Below, piece by piece: positions 48,683 to 59,190 of a stretch of 64,000 bases of DNA. A program made the translations under genes and the position numbers. The notes below the pieces were generated by a model. The model made no database searches. It worked only from the letters and a program-made list of their open reading frames with translations, and had not been told where the DNA came from. The DNA is from an uncultured Desulfospira sp. (GTDB lineage Bacteria; Desulfobacterota; Desulfobacteria; Desulfobacterales; Desulfobacteraceae), in contig OY760175.1 in assembly GCA_963663165.1 (NCBI GenBank), positions 2,976,001-3,040,000 on the forward strand. Reading direction: 5' to 3'. Positions within the stretch are counted from its first letter, which is position 1. Each line of letters starts with the position of its first letter.

Positions 48683-49414
48683 ATGGAATCAAAATCTTCG
48701 ATAGTCAAATTAGTGGTGGAAAAACATGCGGGATTCTTGCTGGGCCTGATTTTATTAGGACTGGCCCTGGTTTACTTTGGCGCACAGAATGGAAGCAATC
48801 TTCTCATTGCCGTCGGCGGCTCTTTATTTGGCGGCGGTGTCAGCAGCTTTATTGCAAAACTGGATGGGGATGAATTCCAAAACAAAACATTGGCCATTAT
48901 CACAGAATCACTGGATGCCAAACTCATATCTGAGGAATCAAAAATAAAAAAATACCGTCAAAAATGGCATTTTTATTACCGGACATCTGTAGAGAAACGG
49001 CATCAATGGCGCCATGTCCTGTGGGATTTCCAGGAGGTTAAAATAATCGGACAATTAACCGGTGTCGAACAAACCGTTGACCTTGATGGAGAAACGGTTG
49101 AATATATAATGGAAGGGGTGGTACGGGATAACCGGCTGGTTGTTTTTGACAAAGCCAAAGACAGCGATGAAATAGCCGCTGTGATTGTTATTCCATTTAT
49201 GGGCGACCGGTTTTACAAATTTCACCCCGGTCTGCAGATTCATAAAACATGGGACGGCGGCGACAGCATCAGTCCTGTTCTGATTTCGAAAACACCATTG
49301 TCGTTCTGCCCCCAGGACGGCATTATTGATGAAACATATGAAACAGAGCTTGATCAATTGTGGAAAGATAATATGCTGGCTCAAACAGATGTTTTTAAAG
49401 ATATTTTAAATTAA
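48683..49414 (+). CDS. Hypothetical protein, two N-terminal TM helices plus beta-strand-rich domain
   Basis: 243-aa ORF, more AT-rich than neighbours; hydrophobic residues ~16-58. Confidence 0.7.
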   Translation: MESKSSIVKLVVEKHAGFLLGLILLGLALVYFGAQNGSNLLIAVGGSLFGGGVSSFIAKLDGDEFQNKTLAIITESLDAKLISEESKIKKYRQKWHFYYRTSVEKRHQWRHVLWDFQEVKIIGQLTGVEQTVDLDGETVEYIMEGVVRDNRLVVFDKAKDSDEIAAVIVIPFMGDRFYKFHPGLQIHKTWDGGDSISPVLISKTPLSFCPQDGIIDETYETELDQLWKDNMLAQTDVFKDILN

Positions 49415-49487
49415 AAAACGGGGTGCCCCTTCACCCGGAAATATCCGGACGATGGGGGATTTGGGCCGGAAGCGAAAAGAGGATGGA

Positions 49488-51050
49488 ATGCCATTGTTAA
49501 AATCGCGCGTTATCTTGCGAAACATCATGCTGGCCGGCAATACGGCCGTTGGCCTGTATGGACTGGCCGTATTCTTTGCCATCAAAGAATTCGGGGTGGC
49601 CCTTGCCCCGGACAGGGTGGCCCCGAATTTGTTTCACATCCACCTGGTCTGTTTTGGCATGGTGTTCCTGGTTCAGGCGGGGGCAACCGTTTATTATGAG
49701 GCCCCGCTGCGGTTATTTTTATCCAGAGGGCAAAACATAGAAGACACGGATGACGGCGTTTTGCTGGTATGCCGGAAACGCATCTTAAACGAGCCTTTTT
49801 TCCTTTTGCTCCTGGATATGGGGGCATGGACTCTGGCGGCGTTGCTGCATGGCCTGTTCTTTTATTTTTACGGCGTGACCGTCACGTTCCTGATTCGCAT
49901 TTCCTGCCAGATTATCCTGATCGGCGTAGTCACAACGGCCATGGCCTTTTTCGTGCTGGAGTGGATTTTGACCGCCTGCCTGGTTCACACCTTTTTTCCC
50001 CGGGGCGGTCTGCACAAGACCCCCGGCACCTTCAGGATCAAAATCAGCACCCGCCTGATCGCCCTGTTTATCGGCATCAGCTTTATTCCTTTGACGGCTT
50101 TTTTCCTGATGAGCATGTCCACCCGGTCATCGCCGCTGCCGGCCGAAGCGCTGATTGATCTTTACCGCACGGCCATTGAGTACAACACGGCCGGATTCCT
50201 CCTGGAGGGGATTATCCTGGTCTGGCTGGTGGGAACCAGCCTCACCCGGCCTTTTTCGGACATCATCCGGCAGTTGTCCCGCATCAGCAGCGGGGAGTTT
50301 GCCGGCCGGATACCGGTTTCCACCAACGATGAAATCGGGTACACCTCAGAAATTATCAATGAGATGACCGAAGGGCTGATGGAGCGGGAGCTGATTAAAG
50401 ACGCCTTTGGCCGATACGTTTCTGAAGATATCCGGGATGCGGTCCTGTCCGGAAGCATTCCCCTGGACGGCGAACAAAAGGAGGTGACCGTCCTGTTTGC
50501 CGATCTGGCAAATTTTACCCCGCTGATCGAAAACCATGATCCCAAACAGTCCGTTGCCATGATGAACCGGTATTTTTCCCAAATGGAGCAGGCGGTGAAG
50601 GCTAACAACGGCCTGGTTCTCCAGTTTATCGGCGATGAAATTTATGCAGTCTTCGGGGCGCCGGTGGCAGATGAGAACCATCCCGCCAACGCCGTTAAGG
50701 CCGCCCTGGAAATGGAACATAACCTTGCCGCCTTAAACCGGCAGTTTGAGGCCGAAGGCCTGCCGGCATTCTCCCACCGCATAGGGCTTCATTCGGGCAG
50801 CGCCCTGGCGGCCAACATGGGAAGCCCGGACCGGATGTCCTACCTTTTGGTGGGCAATACCGTGAACATCGCCGCCCGGCTCCAGGAACTCAACAAAACC
50901 TTTGGCACCCGGATCATCATATCGGGAAAGATGTTTGAAAAACTGTTACCGGACGCGCGTGCCGCCATTAAGTCCGTTTCATTAGGACAAGCCCCTGTAA
51001 AAGGGATCAAAGACCCCATTGCGGTATATTCTATAACGGCCATACCCTAA
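49488..51050 (+). CDS. Membrane-bound class III nucleotide cyclase with HAMP domain
   Basis: About 6 TMs, HAMP (DEIGYTSEIINEM), FGRYV, VLFADL, FIGD, VNIAARL; start reassigned to ATG 49488. Confidence 0.9.
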   Translation: MPLLKSRVILRNIMLAGNTAVGLYGLAVFFAIKEFGVALAPDRVAPNLFHIHLVCFGMVFLVQAGATVYYEAPLRLFLSRGQNIEDTDDGVLLVCRKRILNEPFFLLLLDMGAWTLAALLHGLFFYFYGVTVTFLIRISCQIILIGVVTTAMAFFVLEWILTACLVHTFFPRGGLHKTPGTFRIKISTRLIALFIGISFIPLTAFFLMSMSTRSSPLPAEALIDLYRTAIEYNTAGFLLEGIILVWLVGTSLTRPFSDIIRQLSRISSGEFAGRIPVSTNDEIGYTSEIINEMTEGLMERELIKDAFGRYVSEDIRDAVLSGSIPLDGEQKEVTVLFADLANFTPLIENHDPKQSVAMMNRYFSQMEQAVKANNGLVLQFIGDEIYAVFGAPVADENHPANAVKAALEMEHNLAALNRQFEAEGLPAFSHRIGLHSGSALAANMGSPDRMSYLLVGNTVNIAARLQELNKTFGTRIIISGKMFEKLLPDARAAIKSVSLGQAPVKGIKDPIAVYSITAIP

Positions 51051-51296
51051 AGGGCAGAAATCGGGCCGCTTTGGTTATCCAGCCGGGAACCGCCCTTAAC
51101 GAATATTGTTAATTTCTTAAAAAAACATTATCCTGACCACCGTCAGGCATGATAGTCATAAATATCTGCATGGGCCGACAGCCCATTACCCGAAATGAAA
51201 GTCATGAAGGTCACGGAACCTGCGGCCCTAACAGCCTTTTGCCCCAAACCCCTTCAGCCTTTCACAAAAATATTCAAGCATGAAAGGAACCTTGCC

Positions 51297-54200
51297 ATGA
51301 AACCCTTCCAACTGCTTATCCTCATCCTTTTGGTCTGCCTGCTGCCGATGCCGGCATCTGCCGGTGAATTTGAAGCCCTGTTCGCAGGCCAGCAAACCGT
51401 GGATGGCGAAAATACCATTGCCGTTACGTTTTCCGATCCTGTGGACGGCAGGCAGAACCTGTCCGCCTTTCTGGGCATCAGAACAGAGGAGAACGAACCC
51501 GTTAAAGGGGCATGGGTCCTGACCGAAGATTCCCAGGTGGCCTATTTCTCAGGCATTGAACCAGACACGGCCTACAAAATCAGGGTCATGCCCGGGCTCA
51601 AATCCGAAACCGGCCATTCCCTGGGAAAGGAATACACCTACAAAATCAGGACCCGGGAGGCCGACCCCATGATCTCCTTTGGGTCCACGGGGTTTGTCCT
51701 GGCCTCGGAACTGACTTCCGGCCTGCCGGTGAACAGCCTGAATATCCCCCAGGCCGATATTGACTTTTTCAGGGTCAAACCCGGCAAAACCGCAAAGTTT
51801 CTGGACACCTTCCGGTCTTACAACCGGATCGGGTGCTATGACAGCAAAGACCTCAACCGGCTGGCCGATCTGGTGTATACGGGGCGGTGGCAGTTTGATA
51901 TCAAAAAGAACCTGCGCACCCAGGTCAACCTGCCCATCACCCATATCCAGGAGTTGAAACCCTGCGGGATTTACTTTGCGGTCCTGCGGGGGGCCGGCCA
52001 TTATGAATACGAACACAGTACGGCCTGGTTCACCATCTCGGACTTAGGGCTCCATGCCAGGGTGTACAGCCAGAGCCTGGTCTTCCATGCCCAGAGCCTT
52101 AAAACTGCGGATCCCCTGGCAACTGTCACGGTTAAGGGCGTTGATGAAAAGGGAAACCGTCTGTTCTCGGGCACCACGGATGACCAGGGGCGGCTGGCCA
52201 TCAAAGGCCGGTTTGACGGCCTTTCCCTGGTGACCGCATTCCGCGGTGACCATATTACCTTGCTGCCCATGAATGTCCCGGCCCTGGACCTGTCCGAATT
52301 TGCCATGGGAAAAGATGCATTCCGGCCGGTGGAGCTGTTTGTCTACGGCCCCAGGAATATTTACCGTCCCGGCGAAACCGTTGTCATGGACGGCATTTTA
52401 AGGGACCAGGACGGCGGTCCCACACTGGCGGTTCCCATCAAGGCAAAGGTGATACAGCCCGACGGCAAGATGATCCGGGAGTTTACCTGGAAGCCCGGGG
52501 CCGGCAACCATTTTTTCACCCGTTTTTCCCTGCCGGGAAACGCCCTGACCGGCAATTGGAAGGTTGAGTTTTCCAACGGCACCGGGGAACTGTCCCCATA
52601 CCTGTTTCTGGTGTCTGAATTTCTGCCCGAACGGATCAAGCTTGAACTTGAAGACAGCCAGGACAAAATCCTGTCCCCGAAATCGGATTTTAACATTAAA
52701 CTGCAGGGCGATTTCTTATACGGCGCCCCTGCCGCAGGAACCGAAGCCGATGCCATGATCCATGTCAAACCGGCCCGGGAACTGTTTAAAGACCAGTGGC
52801 CCGATGTGGAGTTCGGCAGTTTGAAAGACCTGATCAATACCTCCTACAGCACGGATCAGATCACCCTGGACGGCCAGGGACAGGGCACCATCTCCGTGGA
52901 AAAGGAATGGGCGGATGTCACCTCTCCCCACTGGGTCACCGCCAATGTCAGCCTGTACGATTCCGGGGGGCGGCCCGTTGTCCGGAACATTTCAAGACAG
53001 ATCTGGCCTGGGGACATGCTAACGGGGATCCGGAACCTCACCCCCTTAAAAGACGAAGCCCACCGGGTGCCCTATGATTCAACGGCCGAGTTTGAGGTGA
53101 TCCTGGTGGACAAACAAGGCACCCTTCAGCCGGCAAAAGGCCTGAAAGCAACCGTTATCCGGGAACACAGAGAATATTACTGGGAATACAAAAACGAAGA
53201 CTGGCACTGGGGATACACCAGCCAGCACTACCCCGTTGACCGGTTTTCTTTTGACATCGACCAGGACAGCAGGGGGAAGGTCAGCTTTCCGGTGCAGTGG
53301 GGGGGATACCGCCTGGAGATTTTAAACCCGGCCACGGGCCTGACCACAACCTATGCCGTCCGGGCCGGGTGGGACCCGGACCCGGAAGCCCGGGAAGGCA
53401 ATAACCGGCCGGACCGGGTGGACCTGATCCTGGACAAGCCCGCCTACTTGCCCGGGGACACGGCAAAGGTCACGGTAAAACCGCCCCGGGGCGGCAAAGG
53501 CTGGCTGTTTGTTGACGGGGACCAGAACCTGCTCACCCTTCCCATTGAGATCCCGGAACAGGGCAAAACGGTTGAATTTACCGTTGACCCGTCCTGGAAC
53601 CGGCATGACCTTTATGTGTCGGCCCTGATCATCCGGCAGGCGGAACCTGACGCCGGGGACAAGGCAGACAAACTGCCCAAGCGAAGCCTGGGACTGATCC
53701 CCCTGCCCCTTGACCGGAGTTCAAGACAGCTGGTTGTGGACATCAAGGCCCCGGACAAAATCGAACCCAACCAGACCGTTGAGGTCACGGTGAACCTTGG
53801 CAACACCAACGGCGAAAAAGCCCTGGTGACCCTGGCGGCCGTGGATGTGGGCATCCTTAACCTGACACAGTTTGAAACCCCTTGCGCCTTTGACTATTTT
53901 TTCAGGACAAGGACTTACGAGACAGAGCTGTTTGATATTTATCAGAAACTCATTGAACCCAATGACGGGGCCTATGGCCGCCACAGGTTCGGCGGGGACG
54001 CCCCAAGCCTTACCCGGGGCGGGGACCGGCCGTCCACGGATGTCCAGATTGTGGCCCTGCACTGCCAGGCCATGGAAACCGATGACCGGGGCAATGCAAG
54101 GTTTACCCTGGACCTTCCGGATTTTAACGGCACCCTGCGCCTCATGGCCGTGGCCCATACAGCCAACGGGTTCGGTTCCGGGGACAAGGAGATGATCCTG

Positions 54201-56204
54201 GCCTCGCCCTTAGTGGTTCAGGCCACCATGCCGCGGTTCCTTTCCACCGGCGACAAGGCCTTCCTCATGCTGGACCTGCACAACCTGACCGATACGGCCC
54301 AGCACCTGACCCTTAATGCTCAGATTTTCGGCCCGGTCTCCTTTGACGGCGAAACGATGTCCCAAACCATCGCCCTTGAACCATCCGGAAAATCCGTACG
54401 CCAACTGCCCATGACCGCCGGGACCCAGTCCGGCCGGGCAAATATTACATGCACCATAAAAGGAATCCAACACCAGGGCAAAACCCGGGACCTGACCAAA
54501 AAATGGTTTATAGAAACAAGGTCTCCCTATCCGCCCTTAACCCAAAGATGGGCCAGACAGCTGGCCCCGGGTGAAACCTTAGCGTTGGCTGACGCCGACC
54601 TGGAAGCCCTTGTTTCCGAAACCATCGGGGTCAAGGCCTGCCTGGACGCCCAGCCGCCCATCAACCTTTCCGACCACATTGCCAGCCTCATGGCATATCC
54701 TTACGGCTGCCTGGAACAGACCGTGTCCGGGCTGTTTGCCCATGTGCTGCTCTCAGGTGAACAGTTTGACCGGCTGGGCGTGGCCACCTCAGGCCCTGAG
54801 GAAACCACAAAGAAAATCAACCTGGGCATCCAGGGGCTCATGGAAAAACAGAAAAGCACGGGCGGATTCGGGCTGTGGGACAGCAACAGCCATGAAGAGG
54901 CCTGGCTGACCGCCTATACGGCCCATTTTCTGATCAACGCGGCCGATGCCGGATTCCAGGTGCCGGATACCGTTTTGGAAGACGCGGTCAAGCGGCTGGC
55001 CACCTACGTGCGCAAACCCCGCCGAATCCCGACCCCCTCCTGGGTAGACAGGAATGCCTTCAGGGCACAGGTCTGTGCCTATTCCGCCTTTGTCCTGGCC
55101 CGGGTCCAGGCCTTAGGGCTCGGGGATGCCAGAACGGTCCTGGCCTATGCCCAAAAATATGGGGGCACCCCCCTGGCCCTGGTCCAGGCCGGCGCTGCCC
55201 TGTCCCTGGCCGGGGATTTTCCCGGGGCGGCCAAGGCCTTTGACCTGGCCCTGAAAACCGACCGGGATACCCGAAACTATCACGGCGATTACGGTTCTGA
55301 AGTCCGGGACAGGGCTGCTGCCTATTATTATATTGCCACCTGGTCCCCCCAGTACGAGGACAAGGGCAGCTTTCTCATTGAACTGAACACGGCCATCCAA
55401 GACCGCCAATGGCTGTCCACCCAGGAGCGAAACGCCCTGGTCATGGCCGGCGCGGCAAGGCTCAACGCCACGGGGACACCCTGGCAGGCCGGTGTGACGG
55501 TCAGCGGCAAATCCGAAACCCGCAGCGGCGATCAGCCCGGCCAGGTCATTTTTACCCGGGGGACAGCGGCCAAAGGCTTTGCGGTTGAAAACAAGGGCAG
55601 CGATAACCTGTACGTGGACCTGGTCCTCACCGGATATCCCCGGACCGCACCAGCGCCTTCGGCATCCGTGGTCTGCATCTCCCGCAGGTTCCTGGATCCC
55701 CGGGGAAAGCCCATGGATATCACCCGGGTCCGGTCCGGGGACCGGATTATTGTGGAACTGTCCGTCAAAACGGATAAACGGCTGCCCCATGCCCTGGTGG
55801 TGGATATGGTGCCGGCGGGCATTGAACTGGAAGATCCCCATGTATCCGGCGCCTTTATCATTGACGGCATTGACGTGGACGGCGAACTCATAGAAGACTG
55901 GCATCACCAATACCACCGCTTCCATGACGAATACAGGGACGACCGGTTTGTGGCGGCCATGGATTTAAAACCCGGACAGGCCCGCCGCATTTTTTACGGG
56001 GCCCGGGTGGTCAGCCCGGGTCTGTTCAAGGTGCCGCCTTCCCTTGTGGAAGACATGTACCGGCCCTATATCCGGAGTGTCGGCAACACGGTGGATGAAA
56101 TGGAAGTGGTCAAGAGACAAGATACCGGAAACAAGAAACAAGACGTCGAGGACACGGCACCAGAAAACGGTGCGGCTGAGAAAACGGGCGGTGCTGATTC
56201 ATAG
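51297..56204 (+). CDS. Bacterial alpha-2-macroglobulin (YfhM-like)
   Basis: YRPGETV, AAVDVGIL, PDFNGTLRLMAVA, thioester YPYGCLEQ, STQE, EDMYRP; start reassigned to ATG 51297; adjacent pbpC. Confidence 0.95.
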   Translation: MKPFQLLILILLVCLLPMPASAGEFEALFAGQQTVDGENTIAVTFSDPVDGRQNLSAFLGIRTEENEPVKGAWVLTEDSQVAYFSGIEPDTAYKIRVMPGLKSETGHSLGKEYTYKIRTREADPMISFGSTGFVLASELTSGLPVNSLNIPQADIDFFRVKPGKTAKFLDTFRSYNRIGCYDSKDLNRLADLVYTGRWQFDIKKNLRTQVNLPITHIQELKPCGIYFAVLRGAGHYEYEHSTAWFTISDLGLHARVYSQSLVFHAQSLKTADPLATVTVKGVDEKGNRLFSGTTDDQGRLAIKGRFDGLSLVTAFRGDHITLLPMNVPALDLSEFAMGKDAFRPVELFVYGPRNIYRPGETVVMDGILRDQDGGPTLAVPIKAKVIQPDGKMIREFTWKPGAGNHFFTRFSLPGNALTGNWKVEFSNGTGELSPYLFLVSEFLPERIKLELEDSQDKILSPKSDFNIKLQGDFLYGAPAAGTEADAMIHVKPARELFKDQWPDVEFGSLKDLINTSYSTDQITLDGQGQGTISVEKEWADVTSPHWVTANVSLYDSGGRPVVRNISRQIWPGDMLTGIRNLTPLKDEAHRVPYDSTAEFEVILVDKQGTLQPAKGLKATVIREHREYYWEYKNEDWHWGYTSQHYPVDRFSFDIDQDSRGKVSFPVQWGGYRLEILNPATGLTTTYAVRAGWDPDPEAREGNNRPDRVDLILDKPAYLPGDTAKVTVKPPRGGKGWLFVDGDQNLLTLPIEIPEQGKTVEFTVDPSWNRHDLYVSALIIRQAEPDAGDKADKLPKRSLGLIPLPLDRSSRQLVVDIKAPDKIEPNQTVEVTVNLGNTNGEKALVTLAAVDVGILNLTQFETPCAFDYFFRTRTYETELFDIYQKLIEPNDGAYGRHRFGGDAPSLTRGGDRPSTDVQIVALHCQAMETDDRGNARFTLDLPDFNGTLRLMAVAHTANGFGSGDKEMILASPLVVQATMPRFLSTGDKAFLMLDLHNLTDTAQHLTLNAQIFGPVSFDGETMSQTIALEPSGKSVRQLPMTAGTQSGRANITCTIKGIQHQGKTRDLTKKWFIETRSPYPPLTQRWARQLAPGETLALADADLEALVSETIGVKACLDAQPPINLSDHIASLMAYPYGCLEQTVSGLFAHVLLSGEQFDRLGVATSGPEETTKKINLGIQGLMEKQKSTGGFGLWDSNSHEEAWLTAYTAHFLINAADAGFQVPDTVLEDAVKRLATYVRKPRRIPTPSWVDRNAFRAQVCAYSAFVLARVQALGLGDARTVLAYAQKYGGTPLALVQAGAALSLAGDFPGAAKAFDLALKTDRDTRNYHGDYGSEVRDRAAAYYYIATWSPQYEDKGSFLIELNTAIQDRQWLSTQERNALVMAGAARLNATGTPWQAGVTVSGKSETRSGDQPGQVIFTRGTAAKGFAVENKGSDNLYVDLVLTGYPRTAPAPSASVVCISRRFLDPRGKPMDITRVRSGDRIIVELSVKTDKRLPHALVVDMVPAGIELEDPHVSGAFIIDGIDVDGELIEDWHHQYHRFHDEYRDDRFVAAMDLKPGQARRIFYGARVVSPGLFKVPPSLVEDMYRPYIRSVGNTVDEMEVVKRQDTGNKKQDVEDTAPENGAAEKTGGADS

Positions 56205-56205
56205 A

Positions 56206-58527
56206 ATGGGCCGGATCAAGGCCATTGGGTTTGGCCTTGGCCTGGTTCTCATCCTTGGGGGAATGGCCGGGGTGGTGCTGGATCGGCTGTTTCCCCTGGA
56301 TCTGTCGGGACGGCCTGTGGCCACCGTGGTGACGGACCGCAACGGCATGCCCCTGCGGATCTTTGCCGACCACCGGGGGATCTGGCGGTTTCCGGCCGTG
56401 CCGTCACAGGTATCGCCCCTCTACCTTGAGGCCCTGCTGGCTTATGAGGATCGGTATTTCTATTATCATCCCGGCGTCAACCCCCTTTCCATGGCCCGGG
56501 CCCTGGTCCAGAACCTGACCAGAGGACAGGTGGTCTCGGGGGGGTCCACCCTGACCATGCAGGTGGCCAGAATCCTGGACAACGATTTAAAAGACGGACA
56601 GGAACGGCTTTGGATAAAATTTATCCAGGTACTCAGGGCCTTCCAGTTGGAATGCCACTGCTCCAAGGATGAGATCCTGGGTCTTTATCTGACCCTGGCC
56701 CCTTTTGGTGCCAATATCGAGGGGGTCCGGGCGGCAGCCTTAACCTGGCTGGGCAAGGATGCCGATAACTTGAGCCACGCCGAAGCCGCCTTGCTGGCAG
56801 TCCTGCCCCAGGCCCCGTCCCGGTACCGGCCGGACCGGCATCCGGATCTCGCCCAAAAAGCCAGAAACAAAGTTCTGGAGCGGCTAAACCGCTTTGGTGT
56901 CTGGTCTGGCCAGGACATTGCCGCGGCCAGGCAGGAGCCGGTCCTGCCGTTCCGGTTTCCCAACCCGGTATCCGCCCCCCTGGCGGCCCGGCGGCTGAAA
57001 AACAAATTTCCGGTAAAACGGGTGATCCCCACCTTCCTGGATCAGGAATTTCAGCTTCATGTGGAAGATATTTTAAAAAACAGCATGGCGGCCATGCCCC
57101 CGAAACAGTCCGGGGCGGTTCTGGTGGTCAACCATAAAACCTTGGGAGTACGGGCCTATGCCGGATCCGCCGACTTTTTTGATACCCGTCGCCTGGGCCA
57201 TGTGGACATGGTCAGGGCCTTCAGGTCTCCCGGATCCACCCTTAAACCCTTTGTATACGGACTGGCCATAGACAAAGGAATTGTCCATTCCCACTCCCTG
57301 CTGCTGGATGTGCCAAGGTTCCAGAAAACCTATGACCCGGGAAATTTCACCCAGGGGTTTGCCGGCCCCGTCACCCTGGAAAGAGCCTTGCAGGATTCCT
57401 TGAACCTGCCGGCGGTCCAGGTGCTTGAAGTCCTGGGGCCGGAAATGTTTCACGGTATTTTGAAAAACGGCGGGGCCCGGTTCAGGTTTGCCGGAAGTCC
57501 CAACCTGTCCATGGCCTTAGGGGGGGTGGGCACATCCCTGGAATCCCTGGTGACCCTGTACACGGCCCTGGCCCGGGAGGGGATCTGCGGCAAACCAAGG
57601 CTGTGCCCCTCAGATCCAGTGGTTGAACGGTACTTGATGAGTCCCGGCACCGCCTGGATCATCCGGCGCATCCTGTCCCGCCCCCTGCCGGGACAGGAAC
57701 AGGCCTCAAGGCTTTCAGGCCGTTTTTCCCTGGCCTGGAAAACCGGGACCAGTTACGGGTTCAGAGATGCCTGGGCCTTGGGGCTCAAAGGCGATTATGT
57801 GGCCGGGGTCTGGGTGGGCCGGCCGGACGGGTCCCCGTCGCCGGGGCAGTACGGCGCGGTCACGGCCCTGCCCCTGCTTTCCCAGGTCATGGAAGGCCTT
57901 GATACCCCTTCGGCCCTGCCGGCCATGCCGGACTCGGTGACCAGGGAAACGGTCTGCTGGCCTTCCGGGCTTGCCGCCGACGCCATTGACGGCAGGGCCA
58001 AGGGGGCCTGTGCCAAAAAATTCAACGCCTGGATCCTGGACCATAAGATTCCGCCAACCCTTACCGGAGAGAATGGGATTGCCGGATCTCTTGTCAAAAC
58101 CATCTGGGTCAACGACAAAGGGGAGCGGGCAAGCCCGGTGTGCGGCGGGATTAAAAAAACAGCCGTGGCCTTCTGGCCCTGGCAGGCCGAGCCCTTTATC
58201 CCCAAGCAGTGGCGGAGGGAAGCCCTCATACCGGAAGATTCCGGGGCGTGTCCGGATTTAGCCCCCATGCGGTTGTCCGGGATAACAATCGTCTCCATCA
58301 CCGACCAGAGCGTGATCACCCGACAGCCCGGGGATCAGGGGCAGATCCGTCTGCCCCTCAGGGCCATGGGCGGCCAGGGAGAACGGCTCTGGTTTTTAAA
58401 CCGAAAACCCGTGGGCAGCCTTACGGCCATTGACATACCGCCCCCGGGCACCTACCAGCTTGCCGTGACGGACGAAACCGGCGCCTGTGATCAGGTCCGT
58501 TTCCGGGTGATCTGCCTGGGGCCTTGA
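56206..58527 (+). CDS. pbpC: Penicillin-binding protein 1C
   Basis: EDRYFYYHPGVNP, GGSTLTMQVAR, RSPGSTLKPF (SxxK), SLN, WKTGTSYGFRDAW. Confidence 0.95.
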   Translation: MGRIKAIGFGLGLVLILGGMAGVVLDRLFPLDLSGRPVATVVTDRNGMPLRIFADHRGIWRFPAVPSQVSPLYLEALLAYEDRYFYYHPGVNPLSMARALVQNLTRGQVVSGGSTLTMQVARILDNDLKDGQERLWIKFIQVLRAFQLECHCSKDEILGLYLTLAPFGANIEGVRAAALTWLGKDADNLSHAEAALLAVLPQAPSRYRPDRHPDLAQKARNKVLERLNRFGVWSGQDIAAARQEPVLPFRFPNPVSAPLAARRLKNKFPVKRVIPTFLDQEFQLHVEDILKNSMAAMPPKQSGAVLVVNHKTLGVRAYAGSADFFDTRRLGHVDMVRAFRSPGSTLKPFVYGLAIDKGIVHSHSLLLDVPRFQKTYDPGNFTQGFAGPVTLERALQDSLNLPAVQVLEVLGPEMFHGILKNGGARFRFAGSPNLSMALGGVGTSLESLVTLYTALAREGICGKPRLCPSDPVVERYLMSPGTAWIIRRILSRPLPGQEQASRLSGRFSLAWKTGTSYGFRDAWALGLKGDYVAGVWVGRPDGSPSPGQYGAVTALPLLSQVMEGLDTPSALPAMPDSVTRETVCWPSGLAADAIDGRAKGACAKKFNAWILDHKIPPTLTGENGIAGSLVKTIWVNDKGERASPVCGGIKKTAVAFWPWQAEPFIPKQWRREALIPEDSGACPDLAPMRLSGITIVSITDQSVITRQPGDQGQIRLPLRAMGGQGERLWFLNRKPVGSLTAIDIPPPGTYQLAVTDETGACDQVRFRVICLGP

Positions 58528-59010
58528 TCAGGACCCGGCAATGGGGGCCACAAATTGTGATTCCGAATCCCAGGGAAAAAGAATCCAGGTATCCTGGCCC
58601 ACTTCGGTGACATAGGCGTCCACCATGGGTTTTCCGGCAGGCTTGGCATATACGGTGGCAAAATAAGCTTTGGGCAGCATTTGCCGGACCACTTTGGCGG
58701 TTCCCCCGGTGTCCACCAGATCATCTATGATCAAGAGGTCCTCCCCGGTTCCCCGGATCTCCTTTAAAATGGTAATCTGTCCCTGGTCCTGCCAGTCATA
58801 GCTGGTGATACAGACCGTATCAATGGTGTGGATGTCCAGTTCCCGGGCAATCACGGCGGCCGGGACCAGCCCGCCCCGGGTGATGGCCACGATCCCCTTC
58901 CATTTCCGGTTCATGTCATGAAGCCGCCAGGACAAGGCCCTGGCATCCCTGTGAAGCTGGTCCCAGGAAATGGGATAACTTCTCTTATATCTGTCTGCTT
59001 TGCCGACCAT
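58528..59010 (-). CDS. gpt: Xanthine-guanine phosphoribosyltransferase
   Basis: [40 protein letters not shown]. Confidence 0.95.
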   Translation of the reverse strand: MVGKADRYKRSYPISWDQLHRDARALSWRLHDMNRKWKGIVAITRGGLVPAAVIARELDIHTIDTVCITSYDWQDQGQITILKEIRGTGEDLLIIDDLVDTGGTAKVVRQMLPKAYFATVYAKPAGKPMVDAYVTEVGQDTWILFPWDSESQFVAPIAGS

Positions 59011-59024
59011 AAGGTTGCCTTTTC

Positions 59025-59105
59025 TAGCTGTTAGCCGTTAGCTTTTAGCGGTTTTTCGATTTCCAGTCTCCCGCCTTCCGGTCTCCGGTTTCCCTTCCTT
59101 CCGTT
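59025..59105. repeat. Adjacent arms of both heptamer families (TAGCnnT and CCGGTCT)
   Basis: tagctgt-tagccgt-tagcttt-tagc, then ccggtctccggtttcccttccttccg nearly identical to 10753-10777. Confidence 0.7.
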
Positions 59106-59190
59106 TGACTTTTTTCCAGGCTGTTTTAATGTATCTTTCATTAAAAAAAAAGGCTTAAAAAACAACGCCTCACGCCAAGGAACGAAACCA

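Noticed and set aside
5000..55925. Long antisense/alternate-frame ORFs (e.g. 5000-5761, 32671-33450, 46204-46923, 55113-55925)
   Set aside because: Shadows of well-supported genes in GC-rich sequence; no motifs.
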